A stretch of 60,637 bases of DNA, taken from contig JAUCBJ010001181.1 in assembly GCA_032718475.1 (NCBI GenBank), forward strand, positions 1-60,637. The letters are read 5' to 3'. Under the pieces are notes generated by a model. That model was not told the origin of the DNA, searched no databases, and was given only the letters and a program-made list of their open reading frames with translations. Each line of letters starts with the position of its first letter. Positions within the stretch are counted from its first letter, which is position 1. Shown here one piece after another: positions 24,439 through 37,355 of the stretch. This DNA comes from Nemertoderma westbladi (lineage: Eukaryota > Animalia > Xenacoelomorpha). Both the position numbers and the translations under genes were made by a program.

Positions 24439-25476
24439 CAAGGCGTACTAAATAACAGGTCATGCAGCGAGCGGATTGCTGAAATTAGCGGGGGCCGATC
24501 TTTTCCCTATTTATGGCACTATTTTCATATTATTTCCTTAGTAACTTATTTTATGCTACTTTTGTTAGGTGGATATGATAACTAGGGTTCATAGAAATGT
24601 AATAAAATGTCTTTCTGGAATTTTTATCTTGTAGTTGCCAAGGTAACCGGGCGCAAAGTTCAAACTTTGCGCGCGTGTATTTCAAGGCGACAATGGATTC
24701 TTCCCTTGAGATTTGGTAGGTGATTAATGGAAATAAAAGTCTATCAAAATATTTTACATTTGAATTTGTTTACATTCCCGTTGCTATGGAAATAAGTATA
24801 ATGAAAAATTTGAAAAATTGTCTACCAATTCTATAAAACACCATTTTTATTCGGTTTGTCAGTCTAAATAATAAGTTAAAATTGCCAACATTTTATTTTA
24901 TAATTCGTCAATTTATTGTGAATCATATTTTTAAAAGTCAATATAAACTAAACTGTCCAATCAGAGAGAAGGACCTGTGATAGCATAATTTTGACATTCC
25001 AGAATATTAAATTTCGGTTAGCAATTATTAGAAATAAAGGACAGCCACCAGGCATGTTTTTTGAAAATTATATAAATAGTAAACAGTAGCCCAATTTCTA
25101 TCTGGCGGTCATAATGGGAAATTATCGCAATTCGCGTCACCATGGAAACGGGATTGAAAAAAAAATTTTATGTAAAATATTTTGATAGACTTTTATTCCC
25201 TTTACTCATATACCAAATCTCAAATCTTGAATTAGAGGCGCTCGAAATTTGAACCATGCACCCGGTGGTTACCTTGGCAACTACAAGGTAAAAATTCCAG
25301 AAAGACATTTTATTACATTTCTATGAACCCTAGTCATCATATCCACCTAACCAAAGTTGCATAAGAGAGGTTTCTAAGAAAATATTATAAAAATAGTGTC
25401 ATAAATAGGGAAACGATTGGCCCACGCTAATTTCAGGAATCGGCTCGCTGCGTGACCTGTTATTTAGTACACCTTG
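24439..25476. mobile_element. Foldback MITE with 8-bp TSD (P-element- or hAT-type)
   Basis: TSD GTACTTTT at 24431-24438 and 25477-25484, TIR CAAGG(C/T)GTACTAAATAACAGGTCA, inverted arms of ~350 bp. Confidence 0.92.
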
Positions 25477-25529
25477 GTACTTTTAGATTGCTGCCAAGAA
25501 TCAACTCAAAATACTTTAAATGGGAGAAG

Positions 25530-25690
25530 GATTTCACTTTCAGACATTTCGCCCCCTAGCCTCAGATTGGAGAACTGCCGACTGGGCAACGTCCACCCCA
25601 AAGACGCAGCCTATGGTGTTGGTAGCAGACCTCTGCCAAGTATCAGCCCCCTATGTCCCCTAGTGGCCAAATGGAGAACTGCAGGTTGTA
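25530..25690 (-). repeat. Dispersed diverged monomers of the 157-bp HINE subunit
   Basis: ATTTCACTTTCAGACATTT and GGAGAACTGC are reverse complements of core motifs in 16746-18105. Another diverged monomer lies at ~35045-35185 (+). Confidence 0.55.
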
Positions 25691-27038
25691 CGGGGTCATC
25701 CCCATACACGCACCCTATGGTGTAATACACACCGTATATTAGCTAAATGGTATGCCAGTAATTCATTTTAATTGATTGATATTAATTAGTGTAATGATTT
25801 AAGTGGAGGGGTGAGAATGGGAAAAAATTGAAATAATGGTTGCTTTTTCGTAGAAAAAATCAGTGAAGTCTGGTGTAACGTATTAATAATGAGCTAATAG
25901 TATGTCAATGTTATATTAATTGATTTCTAAGGGGATGCAATTCCATATACTCCCCAGGGCCTCGAAAACCGATGGCTCGTTGGCTTGTAACTAATCTTAC
26001 AGAGGGGTGTGTAGTAATTATTAGCAGCTACAGATAGACTATTGTAGTTGTTGTGGTTTGAAGTCGTTAGATTAAAAAGAGTTTATAATGTACGGTAATT
26101 CGTATACCAGAGGGGGCCGGCCTTCGTGCAGCAAAGGTTCAAAGGTGCAAGCCATCCTACGAACAATTATAATTACAATGGCTAGTTATATATATTGGCT
26201 TCCGACACTTATGGCTTCCGACACACACATTCTGACACACATATTATGAGCCCTTTCAGAAAACGGCCATAATGTAATTATTATAACAGTTCGCTGAAGG
26301 CTCGCAGTTTTGACTCGCTCCACAATCTGTTGTTTTCCATGCAATCCTTTGAATTTTATTTGTAGTTTGACGTATTTCATATATTTAAAAGCAATCGATT
26401 CGTGTCTTAGTGATCAAAATTTGTACAAGTCAAGTCAAATCAAAGTTAATTTGTTTTAAATTTACTGTATATTTTAAGTTATAATAATTAAGTTTTAGTT
26501 GTATATTTACTTTTTTTATAGGTAATAGGAATTAATATGCGTCTGTAATTATTTTTGTGGGATCGCCGGATTTAAAGACTAGGTGTCATTTTAGCAGAGG
26601 GAGGGAAACGAGAAACGAACCAATTTAACCCTTGGCGTACCAAAGATAAATTACATAAATTTTTACTTCCAAGGACCAAGAAAAATATATTTGATCGGAC
26701 CAAGGTTTATTTTCTTGTCATACCAGAGATTTTATATAAATAGGATAACCCTATTATTACTTATCCTACCGCCGCCTTTTGCCATTTTCGAAATTTTTAA
26801 ATCTTTAATTTGAACCCCATGGGCGCACACTGCTGCCTTAATTTTTTGTAACAAAATTATTGGCGAAATTGAAATTAAATTGCATAAATTATGTAATTTA
26901 AAATGCCCTCAAACCAATAGGAATCCCTTCAAGCAATATTAAACTACCTTTTCTAGACCAGTTTTTCCTGCCCAACACGAATGTGAACTCCATTTTTCCG
27001 CCCCAATATTTATAAGAAAATTATAAGAAGTTTTAAAT

Positions 27039-27192
27039 AAAGGCGGCACCCTGCCGCCCTGGGGGTCAGGATAATATATGTAAAGGCGGCACCCTGCCGC
27101 CCTGGGGGTCAGGATAATATATGTAAAGGCGACACTCTGCCGCCATGGGGGTTAAGTTATAATTGCATAAAGGCGGCACACTGCGCCTTTAT
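27039..27192. repeat. 43-bp tandem repeat carrying GGCGGCA/TGCCGCC palindromes (likely transposon sub-terminal region)
   Basis: AAAGGCGGCACCCTGCCGCCCTGGGGGTCAGGATAATATATGT x2 plus two degenerate copies. Confidence 0.65.
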
Positions 27193-27940
27193 GAACATGA
27201 TTAGTTTTCAAAGCCTTCTCATTTTCTGGTTCGCAGGTTATCACTGTTTGAAAAAAATATTTTCTAGAAGAAAAATTACTCCTCTACAACATGATCCTTG
27301 AAAATTAATGTTAAAATATACTTTGGGATGTGTAGAGCGAAACATAGTGGTGTTCCATTCCCCTTCCATATATGGCACAGTATGCACTCAAGGTAACAGT
27401 AAAAATTATAAACCTAAGTGCATACAGGGCCATATGTGGAACACCAGTGTTTTAGCCAATCAGAGTATCTCTCTGTAGTCCCATACATACAGTAGTACTT
27501 ATTAGCATGCTACAGAATTTCTCCGTATCAGTTCACTACTTCATTATATTAACTCCTGTCAAAATTAATAATTATTGAATCATTTATTTATAAAATTGTT
27601 ATTCTACAAGAATAAAAGTGTTGATATTTAGTAGTATTGCTGGGTACCGTAGAAACCCTAAGACAGTAAGATGTACTTGGTTTATATAGTGGCTTTCTAG
27701 GTGTTGCCCAGCACATACAGATAGATGAACTACATTGTAGTGTATAATGTATAATATTGATTATATTTTTTCATTATGTTATAGGAAATAATAATTACAA
27801 AACGTTAATTGATTTTTCTTTGATTGTATGCCTATATTTGAATTAGCCTAGCTTGGAATGGATGAGCGTTTGAGGATGACGGCGATTATCCAAAATTTAA
27901 ACATTCACATTCAAATCTAAACAAACACACAGAAAGCGAT

Positions 27941-28133
27941 AATTCAAATTTACCGCCTGGATTTCATTGCTTTGATTGACAGTCCGCATCCACTGTCCGC
28001 AGTCCGCTCTATGTACTGATGTATGCACCCCTACTGCTGAAACTGGGTGCATGTAAAGAGCGGACTGCGGACTGCGGACTACGGACTGTGGATTGTCAAT
28101 TAAAAGCCCAAATATGCGCGGTCAATTTGAATT
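27941..28133. mobile_element. Small palindromic MITE with (AGTCCGC)n sub-repeats; half copy at 28921-28991
   Basis: AATTCAAATTTACCGC ... GCGGTCAATTTGAATT termini, with inverted GTCCGCA/TGCGGAC runs. Confidence 0.7.
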
Positions 28134-28150
28134 TATAGCATTATAATGTA

Positions 28151-28904
28151 AGAATCCGCTCTTTGTTGTCTGGACAAACGGCGGAATGAAGCCAGAAAAT
28201 TGTAACCTGATTGGCTCACTCATTTACATAGGCCCAAAGGGAACCTTCCTGAATTCTCTTATTGGCTTAAATGTTTTCATTGTGACACATAGAGATGGAA
28301 ACAAACAATATTCCAAGATTTCCAACATTACTACAGTATAATTATACTGTAAGTAATTAAGTAGGCCTACCGGCTGACCGGTGCGTTATCAATTAAGCTA
28401 TGCCGTCAGCAGGCATGTACTGTTGGCCTACCGGCTACCGGTCAGCCGGTTGAAGTTTTCGATTACTTCAAACTAAAACTAAGTATAATAAGTAACGTAA
28501 TCGATGGCGGCCGTATTGCACGTGTAGTAGGCCTATTCATAAACGTCCAAAACTAAACTTACTATAATACATCCAGGTTTACGTAAGATGATAGTGCCTT
28601 GATGTGAAAGTTTAGGAAAATATTACCTGATTACTACTGTATTTACAGTAGAGGTATAAGTTCGCCACTAGTATAGTAGTTCCTTAATCAACAGTGCACG
28701 TAATTAGTAATTACTGTATAGGATAATTATTTCCTGTATTACAGTGTTGCACAATGGTAAACATTTAAAAGCCAATGCTGCAATGGGATGATTCATTCTT
28801 AATTCTTTAAGTTCCCTTTCAGCCTATGTAAATGATTGAGCCAATCAGGTTACAATTTGCTGGCTTCAGTCCGCTATTTGTCCAGACAACAAAGAACGGA
28901 TTCT
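28151..28904. mobile_element. MITE with ~85-bp TIRs flanked by TA
   Basis: AGAATCCGCTCTTTGTTGTCTGGACAAA...TGTAACCTGATTGGCTCA is inverted at 28820-28904, with TA on both sides. Confidence 0.8.
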
Positions 28905-29144
28905 TAGTTTGGAAGTCGATAATTCAAATTAACCGCGTGGATTTCGGCAAACCGCAGTCCGTAGTCCGCAGTCCGCTCTTTACAAGCACCCGCTGAAACT
29001 GAATAGACTGGTTGTTGACTTCAGACTTGTTGTACTGTTGTAGCCTGTCTGCCTGTGGCCTGTAGCGCTGTAGTAGGCCAAGTGTATTGTCATACTGTCT
29101 GACTGTTAAAACATCATAATCGGATAACAGGATAATGCTGTATA

Positions 29145-30419
29145 ATGGTATTCTATAAGAAAACTCCATCGCTATCGGGTTTCACAATAACCGCTAGAGG
29201 CGTAACGGCGCTGTCTGTGGGATTATCAGCCACTGCGTTTTTCATCTACATGGTCTATCGTCAACGTAAAGAGGACGAACTGCTCATCCGACAATGCGTT
29301 GTGGCTGAGCGAATATTTATTGATATTAAAATCCCGAGTAGTTGCATTGGGGCTGTGATTGGGCGGGGTGGGTGTAACTTAAAGCGCGCTGAAAGTGAGT
29401 TCTACGTCAGGGTTTCCGTGAATGACGCCGCAGGGGAGAATTCCGACAGAATAATTACGATCCGAGGTTTACGGGAGAGCGCCACTGAAGCGGAGAAGTT
29501 CTTCAAGAGACTGATGGAGGAAGAATTATCGGTTGAAACACTCGAATATACGATTCCTCGTAGGATGTGCGGATCGATTATCGGGAAAAACGGTACTAGA
29601 ATTCGGGAAATGTCGCGTCAGAGTCGAACCAAGATTTTGGTTACTGACTCAAAGGATGGGAAGGCAGTGTGTCGGATAACCGGAAGTCCCAGTAATATAT
29701 CATACGCTGACGGACTCATACAACAGGCGCTAACAGAAGGTAAAGACGGGGGCGATAACACAGTTCTTTACAAGATGAATGTTCCCGAATTTGTGTTTCC
29801 GTTCCCTTTAATATCGGAATCTGGTGAGGAATACTTCAGGGTTTACGTCTCCGCGATCAGCCCCAGTGGCTACGTCTTTATTCAACTAATCAACGAAGAT
29901 AGTTTGAAGTTAGATTATCTTGTTGACGAGATGACCGATTATTACTCCATGACTTACCACGCGGATGATGAGTTGACATTATCCGATGTTTCTATTGATG
30001 ACTTTATAGCAGTTAAGTTCAGCGACGACGCAGGCTGGTACCGGGCTAAGGTCGCCGATATCTCGGATGGACTGATTGACGTTGATTACATTGACTACGG
30101 AGATTCCACCCGGGTAAGTATCGACTCCTGCAGGAAGTTGAGACACCAGTTCACCTCTCTGCAACGCCAGTCTGTTTGCTGTAGAATCAAAGGCGTTTCT
30201 CTAAGTTCCGATGAAGTCTGGAATGAGTCTGAGTTACAACTCATAGAGACACTGACGCACTGCTCGAAGTGGCGAGAACTATTCTGTAGTTTGGTTGAGA
30301 CTAGGGGCGACTGTAAGATTCCTACCCTTTCGTTCCGCGATGACAATGTTTCTCCTACCAAGGACATCACTGAGGAACTAATAGCAGTAGGCGTAACGGG
30401 TTGTAGTGCCCGTGAATAA
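29145..30419 (+). CDS. TDRKH: Tudor and KH domain-containing protein (TDRKH/Papi, piRNA 3' trimming cofactor), intronless
   Basis: N-terminal hydrophobic anchor, two KH domains (GAVIGRGG, GSIIGKNG) and an extended Tudor domain (WYRAKV...YIDYGD). Confidence 0.9.
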   Translation: MVFYKKTPSLSGFTITARGVTALSVGLSATAFFIYMVYRQRKEDELLIRQCVVAERIFIDIKIPSSCIGAVIGRGGCNLKRAESEFYVRVSVNDAAGENSDRIITIRGLRESATEAEKFFKRLMEEELSVETLEYTIPRRMCGSIIGKNGTRIREMSRQSRTKILVTDSKDGKAVCRITGSPSNISYADGLIQQALTEGKDGGDNTVLYKMNVPEFVFPFPLISESGEEYFRVYVSAISPSGYVFIQLINEDSLKLDYLVDEMTDYYSMTYHADDELTLSDVSIDDFIAVKFSDDAGWYRAKVADISDGLIDVDYIDYGDSTRVSIDSCRKLRHQFTSLQRQSVCCRIKGVSLSSDEVWNESELQLIETLTHCSKWRELFCSLVETRGDCKIPTLSFRDDNVSPTKDITEELIAVGVTGCSARE

Positions 30420-32521
30420 TAATAACTACTTTAAACTCAATACTAATACGGGGGGAAACTATTGAACTCTGATTGTTCAACGATTGTTAGGAGTAGGAGC
30501 AAGACTATATTACTTATAGTTATAATGACTTGTTCCGGTTAATTTCCTGTCGCACAAACTTACTATAATGACGTTGTTCAATGGTTTGGTACCGATCATA
30601 CCTCATCATCTTATGGGTCAACTATTCTGTTTCATTTCGAAATAAGATATATTTCAATATTTGTACTCTATTTGATTGGAAATGAAGTTTATTTCAATTT
30701 ATATTTAACGATCGACTTTAAAGTGCAATTGTTTGTATATGTATGTAAGAGGCACAATGTATTGAACATGGGCTACGTTTTTGTTAGGCCAATAAATAAT
30801 CTGCGGGAAGTTTTAATACTCATTAGTTTTTTTGGTGACAAGTTGTATCCGATCCGCTAAATATAAAATACATAACCTGTAATAAAAACTCATACATTAC
30901 ACGACGCGCGATGAAGTAAATGGATGTTTAAATCGAACAATTCTAAAGTTAGATATAATGAAATATAAAAAGGGTAATAAGTATATCTATTTTAGATAAC
31001 TAGACGATAGACTGTATGGTACGATGTAGAAATTCAGAGATAAGATGCGGAGAATCAGTTTACACTTTCAAGCGGTTAAATTAAAAAATGTTGCTATTAA
31101 GGTTAATGTTAAATCGTACAACTCTTCGATTTATCACTCTCTGTGTTTCAAAATTGTTTGGTTTTGGTTATAATTTGGAATATAAGTACCTAAGATGCTA
31201 TTCTACATGACAGTCAAAAAAATTTATTTTTCGCTATTTAATATTTAGTTAATACTAGTTAACAATATAAAAAACTTGGTTGCGCTTAAAACCCTAAGGC
31301 TTTTACAGTTTTGAATCTAATCACATGAACGTTTTTTTTATATGATAGACCAAAGATGGGGCAACATAACTATCAGGCGAATTTTTGTGAAAATTATTTT
31401 GCAACCCTAGGTGGCGCTGCAAATGTATGCTAATTTTCTAGGTTTGTTATAAATAGTATTAAATTTTATTAACAAAAAATTTCAAAAAGTTGTCTGATAC
31501 TTTTATGCAGGGAGGGTGGCTATGTAGATACCCACAGAAATTTTCAGACTAATTGCTCATAAATTGTAGAAGTAGTCTTAAGGTTTTGAAGTTTTTCCCC
31601 ATAAATATATTTGGAGATAAGCGACCTTTCATTATACATAGTAATAGTAATTTCAATATGATTCCCTAAATGGAAATTGTTAACTTGAAAACAAAAGAGC
31701 TATTAAATAGCGGTTTTCAGATTTGGAAACACCATTTAATCGTGCATTATAATAAACCATAAAAAAAATTTCGACATATTTTGGACCAAAATGGTGTACC
31801 TCCCCCCCCCCCCCCCCCCCCATAAGTTGCTGTATAAAATAAATGTAAAAATGATGATAAATTATGTCATAAACAAGGCGTACTATACACAAGGCCGGCC
31901 ATGTCATCGAGTTAACTGGGGGCGGGGGCGGTGACTGGGGGCAAGATTTTCTTAAGCTTTATAACAGAGATTTCCTTATGTTATTACAATTTATGAATAA
32001 AATACGCTTTGGTATGACTGTATTAGTAATTATTGCAAGTAATCCACTTGCACTCCTCCCCCCCCCCCCCCCCCCCCCCCTAACTGGGATTAGTTTTAAA
32101 GTCGTCGTCTAAAAAGAGTTAATAAAATGTTCAAACTTTCAATTAAAGGATCTCTATTGTAAATTTTTAGACATGTGTTTTCTTCCCGTGGACGGCCATT
32201 CTATTTTTAGATTTAAGGGAAAGATAATAACGAAATTCATCTTTATAGAGGTGAAGGTAATTATTGTTGTATCTCCGCCAGACTTAAGATGTGAAGGTAC
32301 TGGGTTATCGCTTAATCTTAAATTTCAATTTAAAGTTTACACACAGTTCCGTTTACAGCTACCTTGCACAAGGGGTAACAAACAAAATATTTTTAATGTA
32401 TTTAATTTTACATTTATGTAAAAGTCATATTTATTACGTAAGTGGAAATATAATATTATAAGTGGAATTAGTTTATTCAGATGGTTATCGATGTGGAAAC
32501 TGTTTCTACATTCAGTTACAT

Positions 32522-34729
32522 TCAATATCTATCCTTATTGGCGAGACTCCGTTTAAACGACTCCCTCCCCCGCCCCCCACTATCCGGCGTTACTCGTCCC
32601 CCCTTATCGTTCCCCCTGTTGTTCCTCCCTATATCGGGGGTGTGTCTCCCCCCATCCCCGCCCCTCATTCCCCGAACGCTATCCGGGGTATGTCGCCCCT
32701 CCTTCCCCCCTCCGCTCGCCCTCAACTGCTCCTTAATGTCCCCCGGGTTGCCCCCGTTAGGCCCCCCCGCCTCACCCCCCATCGACTCGGCGGAGAGTTT
32801 ATCCAAGAGATTCGCGTAGAGAATGGCTTTACTCCCAACCGAATTACGCCGGCCCGCAAACTCCTCGTGTTTAACAGCAAACAGCGAAGCCAAATGTGAA
32901 TTCCAAATATCGTAAACTGTTTTATTAGAAGAAGAATCGAAGTTCGCCAGAGAGAGAAGCGGCTTAGCTTCTTTACTGGATCGAATTGGTTGTTTAGATT
33001 CCGAGTCTGGAGTCTCGGGGAGGGAGTTCGTCTGTAGACGAGCTCGTTTATTAGCAGGGGAGTCTACAAGATCGCTGTCATTGGGCCGTTTACACGTCAT
33101 GTAGTACTGATAGATCTCCTTGTGGTTACTACTGCTGGAGGAGTGGCTCTCCAACAGACCCCCAATCTCGCTCCATAGCAACCGGTACTGGTCCTCGCGC
33201 TTACACGACTTCGCTTTGGAGGCGACATGCGGCGTCGGCAACGGTTCCTTCTGAGTCTCCATGTCGACCAGTTTACACAGGAGATTCCTGCACTGAATCA
33301 ATTCGGTTTCCAAAATAGATTCCTTTTTAGTTAAACTCAGTATCGGCTCCAATAAGTTGGGTAAATTAAATATGAGACTTTCACCTGTGGTTAACGGAAA
33401 TACGCGAGTTAATTTCTCAAGTAATTTGGCGTTATTACTCAGAGACTTAGTATCCGTGACCCCTTTGGTGTGAGAGGATTTTAAACGCGTCGCTTTAATA
33501 ACATCGATAAAGTTATTGATTCTGTAATCGGGCAGACGTCCTCCAATCCCCTCAGTGATGGCCGGCGGGTCGTCCAGAGGACTTCGCGTCGAGTCCAACA
33601 CGTAGAGGTAAATAAACCCATTATGAGCCGACAGCATATGGGAGTAGGTGGGGCCCTTAGCTACTGTTTTACCCGTTTTAGAAGTGCCAGACGCTTGTTC
33701 CAGCATGACAGTTCGACCCGCCATCACGAAGTTCGTTAGACAGGTCGAGGGTCGGCTGTTAACGTCCACGGGCGAGATTCGGAAAGCGCCGACACAAGGT
33801 TGATCCGTAGGGGTCACCTTAGGTGTGCACCATCGCAGTCGCACCGTCGGTATGTTACTCTGACTCACTGCCATCTCCACCGGGCCCAACTTGTCCATTA
33901 ACTCCTGCGCGCTCCCTTCATGTAACATCTCTACGTCGTAATTAGCGGAACTGTTTGCGTTCTGCTCTTCCTTCATTGGTATACCCGTTATCGTGGTCGA
34001 GGCTAGCTTGTAGTTCTGTAAAGCCAACTGTAGCAAACATTCAGCGAGATATTTCCCCGACTTAGTAATCCGAACATCCACAGACAGCGTGTCGTTGACA
34101 ACGTAATTCCTGTCGCGTATGTCCGATTGTGACGTCACTGGGTAGGTGTGTAGGATAACAAATTGGCACTTGGCGATGGGTAATAATACTTGACGCTTTT
34201 TGTTTACTTCACATAGGATATTGTGATCCTGCAGAAGTTTACTAAGTTTACGAGATAATAATTTGGCGTCATCGTTGTTTCGCAGATTAGTTATGTATAT
34301 AATTCGTCCTTGATTCGTCGGATAATTTGCGAGTTCGGATTGATTGGGGGAAGGTTTACCCAACACCGATACCGCCAATTGTAACCCCTTAAGACCTAAC
34401 GAATCTTGTGGATTCGCTTTGGTTTTAGGACGACCAGCAGTTAATAAGCTCCGTAGTAACTCATTGTAACCTTGGTCACTATGTTGCCAACTGTTAAGAG
34501 TCTTGGGATTGTCATCAGAAGATATTAACGCTACAAGACGATCTTTCCTTGGGTAGATATCGTACACAATCCTCGCGTATTCCAGTACGGCTTCCGTCGC
34601 GCAGGTCCAGTTGGTTTTAACGATCGATATCTGCGGTTGAATCGCTCTCTGGTCTAAGTCGAAGCTTTGGCGACTGCTATCCGCGAATTCGGGACCGTGA
34701 TCCAATAAAAATACAGTTTTGTGCTCCAT
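32522..34729 (-). CDS. INTS13: Integrator complex subunit 13 / Asunder, intronless
   Basis: HKTVFLLDH start, WTCATEAVLEYARIVYD, LASTTITGIPMKEEQNANSSANYDVE, RISPVDVNSRPSTCLTNF, REDQYR and HEEFAGR. Confidence 0.95.
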   Translation of the reverse strand: MEHKTVFLLDHGPEFADSSRQSFDLDQRAIQPQISIVKTNWTCATEAVLEYARIVYDIYPRKDRLVALISSDDNPKTLNSWQHSDQGYNELLRSLLTAGRPKTKANPQDSLGLKGLQLAVSVLGKPSPNQSELANYPTNQGRIIYITNLRNNDDAKLLSRKLSKLLQDHNILCEVNKKRQVLLPIAKCQFVILHTYPVTSQSDIRDRNYVVNDTLSVDVRITKSGKYLAECLLQLALQNYKLASTTITGIPMKEEQNANSSANYDVEMLHEGSAQELMDKLGPVEMAVSQSNIPTVRLRWCTPKVTPTDQPCVGAFRISPVDVNSRPSTCLTNFVMAGRTVMLEQASGTSKTGKTVAKGPTYSHMLSAHNGFIYLYVLDSTRSPLDDPPAITEGIGGRLPDYRINNFIDVIKATRLKSSHTKGVTDTKSLSNNAKLLEKLTRVFPLTTGESLIFNLPNLLEPILSLTKKESILETELIQCRNLLCKLVDMETQKEPLPTPHVASKAKSCKREDQYRLLWSEIGGLLESHSSSSSNHKEIYQYYMTCKRPNDSDLVDSPANKRARLQTNSLPETPDSESKQPIRSSKEAKPLLSLANFDSSSNKTVYDIWNSHLASLFAVKHEEFAGRRNSVGSKAILYANLLDKLSAESMGGEAGGPNGGNPGDIKEQLRASGGGKEGRHTPDSVRGMRGGDGGRHTPDIGRNNRGNDKGGRVTPDSGGRGRESFKRSLANKDRY

Positions 34730-35549
34730 ATCAGCATATCTGCAGAATCGGTACCGAATATTAATTGAAATTAGTTTATCGTACCATCAGACGTCAGACC
34801 ATTAATTGGCAATTCGCATTTATATGTCTGTATGTAGCTATCGCAGTATTGTCCGATTGTTATTGCTGTATTGTTATCAGATTATTAACTTTTAAATTGT
34901 AAACTACCGGTAAAATACAGAATTTACAAAAACAATACGCAATTACACTATTTAAAAAAAAATTAGAAATTATACAGGAATATTGGGAGAGTTCTAAAAA
35001 TCATCATTAGGATGTCTTAGAGTGATTTTGTTCTTTATTCTTCATTAAAACAGAAACTTGACAGATAGGTGTGCATTATGTACTGTAGGCCTACTACTTG
35101 TAGATCATCGTAGACTGTCTGTGGGGAAGCTAATCCATCTGCAGATCTCCAGTCTACTGCTAGAATGCGAAATTTCTGAAATTAATATAATGATAATCTT
35201 TTCTACCTTATTTATTTTTCGACCTTAAAGATGGACTGGGAAATCACCTTATAGGCCCATTTTACATTTGGTAGACCTGGACAGTAACTATCTTATATTC
35301 AATTACTACGTTGATACAGTATAGGCCTACTGTATTGATATTGCAGAATGATGTACCCTGCTGAGATTTTACCGAAAAGAAAGACTCTCGCCCCTTCATC
35401 CTGATTCCCACAGAACATTCCAACACATATCGTTTTAAAATTTTCCTACGTTTTGAAGCTGATGAACGAACTAACTAGGAGTATTATATAAGTCACCAAT
35501 CTCTTGAAAAATAAGATAGCAATAGTTTATCAGGTCAGAAAAACAGGCA

Positions 35550-35915
35550 TAATGCTAAGACTAAGGGCAGCCCTAACATCAGCTGGAGACAACGACAACA
35601 CATATGACATCGCCGATCTTTTATGGTACAATACCACCTGTATCAACAACCCTGCGTGAACGAGATTAAGATTCAGTGGGCCCTGCTGGAGAAGTAAGAC
35701 GAGGTCATACCAGATTTACAGTATCTGGCAACAAACACAAGGAAAGCATAGCAGTGGACGATCGGGTATAACATATATAGACCAACTTGAAAGGGATGCT
35801 GAATTTGAGAGAAACGAAATTGCGACAACTATGGAGAATCGGGAAGCCTGGAAGGATCTCATTTCCACTATCCGAGCTCGCTCGACCTATAGTATGTATA
35901 TAGTATTAGTATTAA
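35550..35915 (+). mobile_element. Degenerate RTE-like LINE 3' fragment (second family)
   Basis: Frameshifted ISWRQ...RLRFSG.CWRS...TYIDQLERD...MENREAW followed by a TAGTA-rich tail. Confidence 0.65.
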
Positions 35916-37071
35916 TTATAATGAGGGCAACTTTGGTATATGGATTAGGCCCTAGATTGGAAACTTAGTAATAACTCAACGAACAGTTTGACGTATCTTT
36001 CTATACCATGGAAACGTACTATGAGACTATATTCCGTGTCATAATGTCAGCTGACGGACGCTGGTTCGTCTGCGAAATTCGAACAGTAAATAAAACTAAG
36101 TCCATATCTAACCTAAGGCTTAATAATTTCCAGGCACTCAATTATCAGGACGTACAGTAATGTCGGCTGCACGGTGCAATCATCTTATCGTCGCTATAAG
36201 CCCACTGTATTATATTATCAATAACATTAGGTTTAGCCAAGGCACAAACAAGGTCTACTGAAGAAGTTCCAGTGGGTATAACTTTTGCGTAGAGGTATAG
36301 CCTACATGGGGCTGTATGTGTAGCCTACATGTAGGTGCACATGTAGGGTGAATGTGGGTAGGTGTAGGTAGGTCTTTAAAAACAACAATAATGAATGAAA
36401 AGGCCTAAGCGGGGTACCCGGACTGGAATTTCCTCGATGAGATGCGAATACGGCGAATGGTGGTATGGTACCCGGAACAACCTGACAACCACGAAGAGAT
36501 GCGAATGCGGCGGGCGGGGGTACCCGAAACAACCAGGAGGAGATGCGATTGTTTTGCTGTTCTAATTCGAGATGCAGGAGATGGGATGGGATTTGAATCC
36601 CATCGGATTACTTATTATATTAATTTCCATCATCGTGATGGGAATACTATAATGAAACAGTGGTCCGCGGGAGTGGGAAGGGACTGTTAGTTGGTGCGAT
36701 GTGACCGTCTGAAAAATTAAAACAAACAAAACTTCCAGACTTTATTATTTTTACTTTCAAAACAAAACATCCAAAACATTGCAATGCTGGTTTACGAGAA
36801 CATTGACAGACCCGAGTTGTTCTATTACGACAGGAATCAACAATTTTCTGTCCTTAAAATAAAAATGAGCTTCCCTTTCAAATAATTATTTAATGCAAAT
36901 TTTGTTAGTCTGTATACAATGTAAAATGTGCCTGCCGGAATTACTGTGACGTCACACACATTAAACAGCCATCTTAATTCCTTGATATTTTATTTAAAAA
37001 TACTCACATATTTCAACATTCGTTCCGCTTTAAATGTCATTGTTTCTTGTATTAATTCATTTCGATTATAC

Positions 37072-37355
37072 TGTAGTTGCCACAACGGGGGAAACAATCG
37101 CCACAACAGATGCTATAGTTGCCACAACGGAGGAAACCATCGCCACAACGGATGCTATAGTTGCCACAACGGGGAATACAATCGCCACAACAGATGAAAC
37201 AATTGCTACTACGGAGGTTATAGTTGCCACAACGGGGGAAACAATTGCCACTACGGAGGTTATAGTTGCCACAACGGGGGAAACAATCGCCACAACAGAT
37301 GTTATAGTTGCCACAACGGGGGAAACAATCGCCACAACGGATGCTATAGTTGCCA
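37072..37355 (+). repeat. 42-bp (2x21) minisatellite
   Basis: CTATAGTTGCCACAACGG(A/G)GGAAACAATCGCCACAACAGATG x~7; same family inverted at 46235-46905. Confidence 0.9.

Noticed and set aside
26625-27155. Second piggyBac MITE (TTAACCC ... GGGTTAA)
   Set aside because: The termini beyond CCC/GGG match poorly, so the evidence is insufficient.
32462-32899. Pro-rich plus-strand ORFs
   Set aside because: Antisense shadow of the Gly-rich INTS13 tail.
34730-34750. Spliced-leader trans-splicing acceptors before start codons
   Set aside because: An acceptor-like TTCTGCAG precedes the INTS13 ATG, but the other genes lack a consistent equivalent.
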